DNA from: Octopus sinensis
Taxonomy: Eukaryota
Reading direction: 5' to 3'
Length of the DNA stretch: 64,000 nucleotides
Assembly (NCBI RefSeq): GCF_006345805.1
Contig: NC_043006.1
Location: forward strand, 77,128,001 to 77,192,000
Below the pieces are notes generated by a model that ran no database searches, was not told the DNA's origin, and saw only the letters and a program-made list of their open reading frames with translations. Position 1 is the stretch's first letter. Each line of letters opens with the position of its first letter. A program made the translations under genes and the position numbers. Shown piece after piece: positions 52,398 to 64,000 of the stretch.

Positions 52398-53719
52398 TAG
52401 GTAAACAGTAAAAATAATTACAGACATGGACAAGAACATGAACACCACAGAGACGACACAAGAACCACAGGACGGGACATTCGAAGCCCTCAGTCATCAG
52501 TCAAGAACCAGATCATCTTAGCAATTTCGGCTGATTAATCTTGAGATTGCTCCGATATGGCCAGCCAGCCAAGGGAAATCTAAGCCAAGCGCATTAGATC
52601 CCCTGGAAGAAAGCTTCGAATGTATACAACGCGAGGACGGAAAACGAACGAAGTACATAAACAAAAAAAAAAAAAAAATACAGAATACGTGACACCAATA
52701 AGAATACAAAAACGTAAAAACAATAACGGTAAAAATAAAAATAAAAAATAAACAACAAAACAAAACCAGGACGTGGGACAAGGGTCTTTCGACAGGACGA
52801 GTTGAGTATGGGGCTGGCTTGTGAAGTTGTGCCTAATGGCCACGGGGAGACGAACAAATACGTGTTGCTTCTGCGGCTGCTGAAAACGAAAAGAGCGCTC
52901 AACGGCGGCTAGCTGTCACGTGAGAACAGAAGACAGGAGAAAGGGACAGATTAAAAGAGAGAGAAGGTGGACGAGGAGGAGAAGAAAGAGACAGATCGAG
53001 GGGGCTGGAGGTGAGAGAGATAGAGAAACGTAGAAGGGGGGGGGGGAGACGGATGGAGAGGGAAAGAAAGGAAGGGGAATAAGGGAGGAGAGAGAGAGAG
53101 AAAAAGAGACAGATTAAGAGTCGTATCAATGCTAGAGAAAAAATATACTTATCGTATAAGGTCAATTGTGGATACGTAGCCGCCGATTATATAGGTAAAC
53201 AGTAAAAATAATTACAGACATGGACAAGAACATGAAACACCACAGAGACAACACAAGAACCACAGGACGGGACATTCGAAGCCCTCAGTCATCAGTCAAG
53301 AACCAGATCATCTTAGCAATTTCGGCTGATTAATCTTGAGATTGCTCCGATATGGCCAGCCAGCCAAGGGAAATCTAAGCCAGCGCATTAGATCCCTGGA
53401 AGAAAGCTTAGAATGTATACAACGCGAGGACGGAAAACGAACGAAGTACATAAAAAAAAAAAAAAAAAAAAAAATACAGAATACGTGACACCAATAAGAA
53501 TACAAAAACGTAAAAACAATAACGGTAAAAATAAAAATAAAAAATAAACAACAAAACAAAACCAGGACGTGGGACAAGGGTCTTTCGACAGGACGAGTTG
53601 AGTATGGGGCTGGCTTGTGAAGTTGTGCCTAATGGCCACGGGGAGACGAACAAATACGTGTTGCTTCTGCGGCTGCTGAAAACGAAAAGAGCGCTCAACG
53701 GCGGCTAGCTGTCACGTGA
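52398..53719 (-). mobile_element. Direct-repeat element: about 527-bp repeat, about 268-bp purine/pyrimidine-skewed spacer, about 527-bp repeat (PLE pLTR- or retrozyme-like)
   Basis: 52398-52923 and 53192-53719 are nearly identical. (TA)n on both sides. No TG...CA ends and no coding ORF. Class is uncertain. Confidence 0.7.
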
Positions 53720-55093
53720 TATATATATATATATATTATATCTATATAAATATATATATATATACTGACTCGAGGCTATGCTAAAATGTACTTGCCTAAG
53801 CTGTTGCATGATAGCACCGGTCCCAGAGCTATTGTCTCTTGTATATCGAGAGTTATAATTTTTTCAATTGTACTGAGTTTCGTATTTTCGCTGGTAGTAT
53901 TTGAATTTTTACAATATAATAATCGTAATTGGAAGCAAGAAAAGAGCGAAAATCAGATGAAATCCTTATTGTATGAACAACGCATCACGCATTTGTGCCA
54001 AGCTTTTATGCGCATTACATGGTAACATTTGCTTGAACTTTAAATCAAATTTTACGAATGAGAACATTGACATCGGTTTAACAGCCAGCTTGTTTAAAAA
54101 TGCTCGATCTGTTAGAAATAGGAAAACTAAATTCAGCTACAATAAAAAATTCATAACAAAGAAAGACAACATTGGATTTAGTAATGCGGTGTTAATGATT
54201 GAAACGAATGACGGGTGTGTTGTGGTGTTGATGCCTTGGATATTTCAAACTCTTTTTTATCATGATTATTCTAGAACACAAGAAGAAAGGAAAAGTCAAG
54301 AAAAAACATAAAATAAAAAAAGCAACCCAGAAGACTGGATTAAACAAAATAGGAAGCTGCATCGTGAATTAATACAGTTTTTCAACAGATTTAATTTTCT
54401 CATCTTTGGATTATGGAATCCACGGAAATACTCAATCTGACAATTGCTAGCAGCAGTTGTGAGGTTTCTAGAAAATGCTGTTATTAGGCTGAGGACAGAA
54501 GAATTCTCGTTCAGCTATACCCGGCTGCTTACCAAGCAGTCTATGAAAAAAGTAGTAACAGCGTCAAAAGTAAACAGTTTGTAATACATGATATCTAACG
54601 CTGTGTTATAACAACTCCAGCGGGAAAACATGTTCCTCTAAACTGTGAAACAGTTGTATTGCGGATAAATTTAGGCAATTTGATACGGAAATGTCTACCA
54701 CTACTACGTTTCCCACAGGGAAACTCATTACGTTAATACTGCACTGGTAAATATATCAAACATTCTATATCCAAACAAGACTAGGCGTATGAACTGTCCC
54801 TGAAAACTTAAAGTGCCTCAGAGGGAAAGGGTACATCTTGGTGAAGGTTCTTCTCGGCGGATTAAAGACGAATGTGGAAGCAAGATAATGCGTACAATAT
54901 TAAAGAAGATACTCTATCGTGAATAAAAGAATAGTAAAGTAGGACATTTCTCAGATAATTAATAGAAAGACATATTGATATTGATACATACAGAGTGGAA
55001 GAGTTGGGTTAGTTCTCGTACCAAATTCGTTTCCCCGAGAACGCACTCTTTCAGAGCCTGGCTACAGGCAAATGCATAACAATATACACACGC

Positions 55094-55140
<47 letters not shown>

Positions 55141-55172
55141 GATGTAATATGTGACAATTATTAGGTAGCCAT

Positions 55173-55233
55173 GATAAAACTACGAGTTTCGGATGCCGAG
55201 GTGGAAATCCACGTCGCCATCTCTTCAGTTATC
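55173..55233 (-). ncRNA. Type I hammerhead motif with canonical core and closed stem III
   Basis: GATAA-CTGAAGA-[GATG.CGA.GTGG attt CCAC.TCG.CATC, one extra C]-GAA-ACT cgt AGT-T-TTATC. GUU triplet. Confidence 0.72.
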
Positions 55234-55332
55234 CGGCCATCAAATAATGTCACATATTACATTTATAGATAAATTCTCTGTTTACATAATATCGAGGTCT
55301 CTTTCTTTCATTTGTTGTCTTACCATTTTTAT

Positions 55333-55444
<112 letters not shown>

Positions 55445-56249
55445 CAATTTCTTATGTATTTACATGCATATATATTGGTACACGTACATATATTATTGGT
55501 TGACTAATGTTATATATTGAAAGAAATGAAAGAAAATCGCTATAGTTTTATAGTGATAGAAACTAACCTTATTACAAAATATCTATCTATCTATTTTTAT
55601 GCGTACATATTGATACGTATATATGTCGGTGTAGATAGGTGTGCATAAAGTTATGTATGTATACATAAAGATGCACACGTATATGTGTGTCTGTATACGT
55701 GCATGTGTGTGCATGTCTGTAAATATGAACATATTTATGCGCATGCGTCTGTGTATGATGTACGTGTGGGTATATCAGGAAGTGTATGCGTCCACGACCT
55801 TGAAAGTAAATGTAACTTACAATCTTTAAGTTCTCGTACTCTGCATCATTTATCGGTCTTGCATACAACTTCATAAAAATGTAAATCTTTGCTGACATAT
55901 TCCGTATCTTAAGAAATCATGTTACAAACAACTCCCCACACCAACCTCATACAACCAACGTCCGTTATCACATCACGTTGGTCCAGAAGAACCACTATCT
56001 TCCATGTTTATGAGATACTTCGTTGCTATATCTTATTGCCAGCAAAGGAGCATGTTTCAAAGTGCGATGTAATGTAATGATCGTTCTTCCAAGATAAACT
56101 GTGTTTATAAACCACTTCCTTACCTCGTGCATCGTTCACATCGCTTCTGGCTACTTATCAATCTTCTGCCGTGTGCCGTTGTCTTTGTTTTGATTGTTGT
56201 CAAATTTATAGATATACTCCCGTTGTGTAGGTTTGTGATTGTATGTGTG

Positions 56250-56316
<67 letters not shown>

Positions 56317-56427
56317 ATATATACACGTGTGTGAATGCGTGCGCGAATATATATTAGAATATATCATATTACATATTTTATATAGCCACTACAAATATTT
56401 TTTCTCTCCTTGTTTCTTTCTGTGTTC

Positions 56428-56462
56428 CTTTCTGTGGATGAGGGTAGGCTCAAAACGTTAAA
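56428..56462 (+). ncRNA. Degenerate copy of the A6U hammerhead variant (probably inactive)
   Basis: CTTT-CTGTGGA-T-GAG...CTC-AAAA-CGT-T-AAA. G12 is replaced by A. Confidence 0.45.
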
Positions 56463-56610
56463 TACTTTTTTCAATTCCGGAGCGTTATACTAATACATCT
56501 GTTTTCTACACCACCTGTCTTCGTCTTTCGTTTTTTGTGTGAATTCTCTTTATATATATATATATAGACATCATGTATGTATATATCAACACATACAAAC
56601 ACAGACACAC

Positions 56611-56656
56611 GTCTGATGATGAGATTTTCATTATTTCTCGGAAACAGCTGTAAGAC
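56611..56656 (+). ncRNA. Degenerate hammerhead of the 16813 family
   Basis: GT-CTGATGA-TGAGA...TCTCG-GAAA-CAGCTGT-A-AGAC. Stem I 5' strand has lost CT. Confidence 0.5.
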
Positions 56657-56739
56657 TACTGCTCTATTTATAAATGTCCTAGCAATACCAAATTACCTTC
56701 GCCTACGATATGTGCGTCTCTGATCGAAAGCAGAAGTCG

Positions 56740-56999
56740 TAGGGAAACAACATGGCCATGTGTTGACCGGAATTCTTTGGGCCTTGAATAATTGAAAACA
56801 TGGGTGTTTCGTTCAGCAAACTTAAGGCACCTTTTGAGCAGGATGGGCTACTCGATCTGAGGTAAATTCTAACTGGGCCATGCATTGTGATGCATTTGTG
56901 TGGTGTACTCTTACCAGACGGGTTGTCATGATGGGTGTACTGGATTTCATATATTTGTACCCGAGTGTCACTTTCATGGGATGCACTGCTCTCTCACTC

Positions 57000-57056
<57 letters not shown>

Positions 57057-57200
57057 CATCATCCTTTCTACTAAAGGCAGAATTCCTGAAATATTGGGAA
57101 AGGGGATTAGTCGATTACATCGAGCCCAGTGTTTTACTGGTACTTAATTGATCAACCCTCAGAACATAAAAAAACAAACGAAAGCATTTCGCCCGTTTTG
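56740..57200. mobile_element. RTE-tail element (+) and SINE family B (-) tail-to-tail on a shared (AAT)n
   Basis: ...gtgtcactttcatgggatgcactgctctctcactc(AAT)n, then catcctttctactaaaggc...ctggtacttaatt. Confidence 0.65.
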
Positions 57201-57556
57201 CTAATATAGGAGACATATATCTAAAATATAGGAAGTATAGGGATATAGGAAGCAGAGGAAAGCATAATGCTTTCAGCTGTTGAGTATGGCAAGGAAATGG
57301 TAAATGTTTTGTAGCCGTTATAAAGCGAAATTTCATGTTAGATAGTTTGAAGTTTTAGTTTGGAACAAATAATTTTGAATAGAAATAGAAAATAACTACG
57401 TATAGCAATAATAGTTACACATATACGCTTACAGACTTATTCAAACATATACTGAGATACACTTTCACATACACATCTGTATATACATAGAATTGATATT
57501 TTAAAAAAATCTACAGATGTAATCCGTAGATCAGTATAGCATTGAAAGAAATAATA

Positions 57557-58091
57557 TTGGGTTGTCCGGAAAGTTCGTGCCGATTTATAGTAGCTTACCT
57601 TTCGACTTATTTTAAAATATGGTTGAGTCCATAAAAGAGGATTTGACTACACCTCCATTTAGAGCATAGTTGAAACTATCTTTTCGTGGAAGAAGGTTAT
57701 GTTGCCATAAACTCTGTAAATTTTGTAAGGGAAGATAAGAAAGTTAATTTTCGGCACTTGATGCCTTGGGAACCAGACAACAATTGCTGCAGCTCGGCTG
57801 GGATGTGTTACCCCACTCTCCATATTCACCAGATATTGCTCCTTTGGATTTCCACTTATTCAGGTCTATGCAGAATAGTCTTAATGGTAAAAATTTCAAT
57901 TCCTTGGATGGCGTAAAATAATGCATTGATGAATTCTTTGCCATGAAACCACCTTAATTCTGGGAAGAGGGAATTTTCAAGTTAAAGGAAAGGTGGAGAC
58001 GCATATTTGGTTCATTAAAAATGTAATGGGAAGTATTTATTGACCTTCTTCTTTCCATTAAAAATCGGCACGTACTTTCCGGACAACCAAA
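57557..58091 (+). mobile_element. Complete 535-bp non-autonomous mariner
   Basis: TA-TTGGGTTGTCCGGAAAGTTCGTGCCGATTT ... AAATCGGCACGTACTTTCCGGACAACCAAA-TA. Residual [21 protein letters not shown]. Confidence 0.93.
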
Positions 58092-58473
58092 TATTAACAG
58101 TTTAGTCATTTGACTTGAACTAACTGCCAAGACTTCATTACACCCAAACTAATCTCAAGATTTACTCAAATCATTAGCAATGCAGGGTTTTAAAAAATGT
58201 GTCCTTATTCTTTGTACAGAGAGTACGCAAGGGATTGTGATACACCGATATCACACTGAAACTATTCTGACGGATTCCCCTTTTTCTTGTCTACAAAATT
58301 ACTTTTCATAAATATTTTAGATCTACTGTCATCTGTCAAAGAGAATGATTTGGTAATATGTATAAAACTTTCATTTAATGTACTCGAGAGCGAGCGTAGA
58401 CGCTCTCACGATTCTCCTATCCATTGGCCATATTATACATTCATAGAGTGTCTGCTGCAAAGAAAGAGAGAAC

Positions 58474-58510
<37 letters not shown>

Positions 58511-58594
58511 AGACCTGCAACGCAGCTAATTTTCAACTAAGTAGACGGGAGAACGGTGAAATGAAGTGCCTAGCAGAATACTGCATAGTGTACA

Positions 58595-58641
<47 letters not shown>

Positions 58642-58710
58642 ATCTATCTATGTATCTATATATATATATATACATGAGGGTGTGCATGCATATATACATA
58701 TATGAGTGTA

Positions 58711-58768
<58 letters not shown>

Positions 58769-58845
58769 AATATATATGATATATATATATATATATGAAT
58801 TCATTTAAAATACACGCATATAAATATAAATATATATACTTATAT

Positions 58846-58879
<34 letters not shown>

Positions 58880-58997
58880 CATGTGTGTGTGTATGTATAT
58901 AATTATACACAGAGGCACGTATGTATTTATAGTTGAGCAGACGAACATATGCTCTCTCTGTTACTCTCAAACACACGCTCACACTTTCCCTCACACG

Positions 58998-59034
<37 letters not shown>

Positions 59035-59149
59035 ACACACACCGTTTTCTCTTTCGCACACCCACATACCCGAGTTCTACTTCTTATTCATTCAGTTTGG
59101 TGCTTCTGTTATTGTTTGTCTAAAGGATGTTTCTTCTACTTCTGGTTAC

Positions 59150-59282
59150 TCTTGCTGCCACTTTAGCATCTGTAGCTGCTGCTGCTGCTGCTGCTGCGGC
59201 TGCTGCTGCTGCTGCTGCTGCTGCTTCTACTACTGCTGTTGTTGTTGTTCCTGGTGTTGCTTCTGCTGCTGCTACTGCCGCG
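59150..59282. repeat. (GCT)n-rich microsatellite
   Basis: Direct reading. Confidence 0.9.
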
Positions 59283-59689
59283 GCTTACCGAAAGTTAAGA
59301 GGTAGGGGGGTGAATCTGATAGCAATGGTGATGAAGAAAGCTGCCGTCTGACTGAGGCACTTGATAGACTGCTTGTACAGATGTAGTGGAATTGTCGGCT
59401 AAACATAATTCCAAAATAACCCAAGCAAGCTTCACACTTCATAATCTAAGCTTACAATCTTGTGTTTTTTATTTTGGTTTATTTTTTGTTAAATGTGTAT
59501 ATCTGCGAGTGCGTGCGCACGTGTGTATGTGTTTGCGTTTGTGTGCCTGTCTGTGTATGTGTGTGTGTGTGTGCTGTCTAAGCCACCCCACCTTTCCTAT
59601 AGTCATCCACCTACAACTTGCTTCAACTTTCAATTTACGTCAGCGCATAAGAAAATAAACTTCCATCCCACCATCCTACCCGACCATTT

Positions 59690-60860
59690 TCGTTACCATC
59701 ATCGTGACTACCATCAGAATCACCCCAATGAGCATCATCATCAAGATTACAATCATTATTATCATCTACATCTTCCTCGTTATTATCACCACCATCGTCA
59801 TCTGTCATCGTCTATGGCAGCATCACCAACATCATCCGACGTCGTTGTCGTCATGGTAGTCATCGGTATTGTCATCACAATCATTATCAACATGATTGTT
59901 ATCATTATGCTCATCATCATCACAATTATCCCAATCTTCGTTATCGTTATCGTCACCGTCGCCAGCACTAACAGCGTCAGCGGCATCATCATCATCATCA
60001 TCATTCATCATCATCATCAAATTCAATATCATCATCGTAATCACTTCTACCGTCACCGCCGCCGTCGAAACCATCAGCACCACCACCACCACAATCACCA
60101 CCAACACCAACACCACCTCTACCATCACCAACACCACCACCACCCCATCATCATCATTATTATCATCATCATCATCGTCACCATCATCACCGTCGTCGTC
60201 GTCATCGTCAGGATGTTAAAATACTTAGACATCTTCTCCATCAACACGATCTTAATTGTCATCGGCATATTTTAACACCCTTCCTTTACATCATAATTAT
60301 TACAATCAACTCCATCATCATTATCTTAATCATCCTCGTTAGCGTAATTATTATAAAACTGTAGGCGGGGCAGTTGAGATTTCTGTCATTATTATCAGCT
60401 CCGTTCGTATTTTTGTTACTACCACCGTCGACACTCCCCGTAATTGGCTTTGAAATAATAATCATCATCATCATCATCCTCATCATTATCATCATCGTCA
60501 TCATCATCGTCGTCGTCGCCGTCGTCGTCGTCATCATTCACCATCATCATCAACAACAACAACAACAACATTGCTGCCTTTCTTGACGCTGTCGTCATCA
60601 TCATCGTTGTGATCATCACCCTCATTATCATTATCATCAGCAGTAACTGACATTGTTAACAACATCATATTAATCACCATCATCAGCCTCGTTGTCGTCG
60701 TCATCATCATCATCATCATCAGCATCATCAACCTCTTTCACCATTCCCTCCATTCCATCCTTCTCGTCACCGTCGTCATCATCATCATTATCATCATTAT
60801 CATCATCATCATCACCACCACCAGCACAATCATCATCCTCATCACCATCACCATCATCAT
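59690..60860. repeat. Degenerate (CAT/CAC/CGT)n trinucleotide region, about 1.2 kb
   Basis: Direct reading. It generates His/Ile/Ser/Asp/Met homopolymer ORFs in all frames. Confidence 0.9.
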
Positions 60861-61286
60861 GTACAACAGTAACAAAACGCACGCTATCCTTAATTACGTG
60901 ATGACATGGCCGATCGAATTTCAAGGAACAGCGACCAATTTTGTCTGAAATCGCATCATACCAATTCAATAAACTAATAAAGAAAACAAACACGATGATT
61001 AATCGTCCATTAGTCCTGTGTAATATCCTTGCTAAGCTTTCCATGACGTAGGTTCGCGAACGTTTCTACAATTGGAGTGTTGCCTTTACGACGCAATATT
61101 TGGCAAGCTTTTCTTCTATAAAAACATAAGTCGTTCTTGCTCAAATATCCTCATACCATTCCACCGATGTTGTTTGGAGGAACTTAAAGTGCCAGTGTAG
61201 ATTGGCATCATTGCGGTTGGAGACAAGTGCAGAATATAAAGGGTCGGAATAAAGTGTAGCAGGCGATTTTATCCAATATTCTAAAT

Positions 61287-61414
61287 CAGTGTTTCTCAAC
61301 CTTTTTAATCTTGCGTAACCCTTAAAATAAATTACGTCTCAAGAAAACAAAAACACCAAAACACAATTCGGATTTCAGGTGCACAATATCTGCTTGATTG
61401 TGTTGAGAAAAATG
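61287..61414. mobile_element. Possible hAT-like MITE relic
   Basis: CAGTGTTTCTCAAC ... GTTGAGAAAAATG. No 8-bp TSD recognised. Confidence 0.35.
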
Positions 61415-61608
61415 ATGACTTTTTGAAAACTTTGCGAAGGCCTTCGGGCAGTTTATCTACCTTCCAAGCAATGCTGTAAACAGCGGAAGTAAGCTAGAAC
61501 GTGCAAAGAAGCTTTACTTTGGGTACTTTAGCTTCGTTACTATTGCAACAGTTAGGATACTTATTGATCAGACCACGTGTTTATTCTAACATATATTTGT
61601 ACATATAT

Positions 61609-62220
61609 ATTTCTTCATTGCCCAAAGGGGGATAAACATAGACGGGATAAACAAGGACAGAAAAAGGGATTAAGTCGATTATATCGACCCCAGTGCGTAA
61701 CTGGTCCTAATTTAATCGACCTCGAGAGGATGAAAGGTAAAGTCGACCTTGGCGTGCTAACGATTCTTAATTTTTTATTGCCCACAAGGGCCTAGATATA
61801 GCGGAGACGAACAAGGACAGACAAAGGGATTAAGTCGATTACATCGACCCCAGTGCGTAACTGGTGCTTATTTAGTCGACCCCGAGAGGATGAAAGGTAA
61901 TGTCGACCTCGGCTGAATTTCAACTGAACTCAGAATGTAACGGCAGGCGAAATACCGCTTAGCATCTCACCCGGCGTGCTAACGATTCTTATTTTTTTAT
62001 TGCCACAAGGGCCTAAACACAGAGAGAACAAACAAGGACAGACAAACGGATTAAGTCGATTATATCGACCCCAGTGCGTAACTGCTACTTATTTAATCGA
62101 TCCTGGAAGGATGAAAAGAAAGGCGACCTCGGCGGAATTTGAACTCAGAATGTAGCGACAGACGAAATACCGCTATGCATTCCTCCCCGCGTGCTAACGA
62201 TTCTGCCAGTTCACCGCCTT
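61609..62220 (-). mobile_element. Head-to-tail trimer of SINE family B
   Basis: Units 61609-61767, 61768-61989 and 61990-62220. Two units end at the same GATTCT position. Confidence 0.92.
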
Positions 62221-64000
62221 TGTACATATAATACACATGACGCATATAGAATGTCCATCCCTTACAAACTTCACTTGCTGCTATGCGCATGCACCTTTAT
62301 CGATTTCATTTATCTAAAGATACTTCAAATGAACTTGAAGACTCAAAGGATTTTGCATTGTGTTATGGAAGTTATGTTCTCCGATGAGAACCTTTTTGCT
62401 TTGTTTGTGGTGTAAAACAATTTTTCTACTTTAGTTTTCTTTTGTTTATGATAGAGTATAATGGCGTGTTTTGAATTCAGAATGTAAAGCGAGACAATTA
62501 TCAAATAATGTGTCGTCCGACGTTCTGTACCGTTTCTCCATTCCACGGTCTTATTTTGGCAGCTTGTGTTGACTTCGAATTATTCTGTTTGTCGTTCGGA
62601 TTCATCTGAAAATTCTAGCACCTATGGCTAAATAATAATTTAAACAACAACAACGACATCAAGCCTACACAAAACATTCAGGCGTTAAGATTTCTACATC
62701 ATCAGCAGGAGCAACACTACTAATACACACAGATAAAACACAAACACACATACATATGTATATGTGTGTGCCTGTGTGTGTATGCATATATTTATGCATG
62801 TATGTATATTCAAGTGAGTGCGTGCGTGGGCGGGGCTGAAGCTTTTTGGAATGCCGGAATGAACGAAAAACTGAACAGAGATATTTCTGGTCTTTATCTT
62901 TGCCCTTCTTCTTGCTTATAACTCTTTACATAGTGAAATCAGAGTCCCCAAATTCACTTTCATATGACATTGTTATTAGTTCGTTGTTTTGACATAATCG
63001 ACCAGGCTTTGTTCCTATAAATATATGACCCTCATGCCGTGTTAAAATCAGAAATATTGTAATTATCAATCATTAAATTATGATTAACATCCTCCTCAAC
63101 AACCCTTATATTTCCCTCCCCACAGCATCCATCTCCTTATCGTCATCAACACATCTTCTACAGCTGCTTCAGTCTAAGCAGCTTTAGCTGCACTAGAAAT
63201 TGTAAATTCACATTAGAAACAGCCTTGGGTAAAATATTAAAATGTCTCTAACCATAAAATCACTGAATATAATAAAAAAATAAATATTATAACTACCATT
63301 ATTACAATAATGACAATCACGTTCTCAAACAAACACTTGAATTAATAATAGCTCTTAGCTTCTATAAATGATCAACAAAAATAACAACTACTGCAGCGAA
63401 AACTATCACCAGACAAATAAGAATAATATTTAAAAAAGATAAGTTGACAAATAACAGACGAAGAACGAAAGACTTGCAGAAGTATAACAGAAGTATAGAA
63501 TTTTTTTTCTAAATCCGTTCATAGAGCTAACGTGTTCTTTAAAAGAAACTAGGATAACTTTATAGCAGACTGTCCGTCTTTAATATATGTGTCGTATACT
63601 CGCAATATATCAGTTTATATTTTGTGGTGTTGCGGAATCGAACAATCGCCATCATGAATTAAGCGTAATTGGAACGAATAGAGATTCTCAGCTTTATATG
63701 AACAAACAAGCACGAAATACTAGGTAAAAACGCATATACTTCGTATGATATGGCTGAGTCACTGGATTTGTGCGCTTTCGAATATCTTTGACCGTTAATA
63801 CAAGACTGAAGTCATGTAGAAGCTAATACATATACACACATTCAATAGCTTTACAGAAATAATAAAAATGGTGACACCATACCTCCTTCAAATTATACAC
63901 TATATTTGTTCAAATTAATATATAAATTTACATTTACGTATGTGTGTGAGCGTGAGTGTGGGTGCGTGTGCACGCATGTATATTCTAATGGCAGTGGTTA

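Noticed and set aside
52730-52923. HDV-like or twister ribozyme considered in the direct repeat (TCGTCCTGTCGA, GAGGG motifs)
   Set aside because: The required P1/P1.1 or pseudoknot partners could not be found.
55015-55057. CTGAAAGA...GAAACGAATTTGGTA on the minus strand
   Set aside because: Insertion in the core and unpaired stems I and II; too degenerate to call.
56140-56152. ATCGCTTCTGGC resembling the U2 snRNA 5' end
   Set aside because: Match is about 10 nt and does not continue.
59493-60275. 260-aa His/Ile-rich ORF and adjacent Asp/Met-rich ORFs
   Set aside because: Degenerate (CAT)n array that is open in most frames on both strands; no splice or codon evidence.

Overview
AT-rich, microsatellite-dense eukaryotic non-coding DNA, most likely from an octopus or other coleoid cephalopod. 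That assignment is inferred from the tRNA-derived SINE families and the very high (TA)n/(CA)n/(GATA)n content. No intact host protein-coding gene could be supported. The window holds two identical tRNA-Lys(CTT) genes in tandem and about 25 SINE copies from three families. It also has Penelope-like element (PLE) fragments including a GIY-YIG ORF in a fold-back arrangement, L1/Tx1-like and R4/Dong-like LINE relics, mariner and pogo-like non-autonomous DNA transposons, and a near-identical 1 kb tandem duplication. The most notable signal is absent from the ORF track: about 10 hammerhead-ribozyme (HHR) motifs from about 6 repeat families. These include U3-A8 compensatory core variants in two families, an A6U variant family, a motif downstream of a Pol III-like SINE head followed by a run of hairpins, and a type III HHR-like fold present once per unit of a 795-nt direct repeat. 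All RNA folds were paired by eye and family names rest on remembered motifs; none was computed or database-checked.
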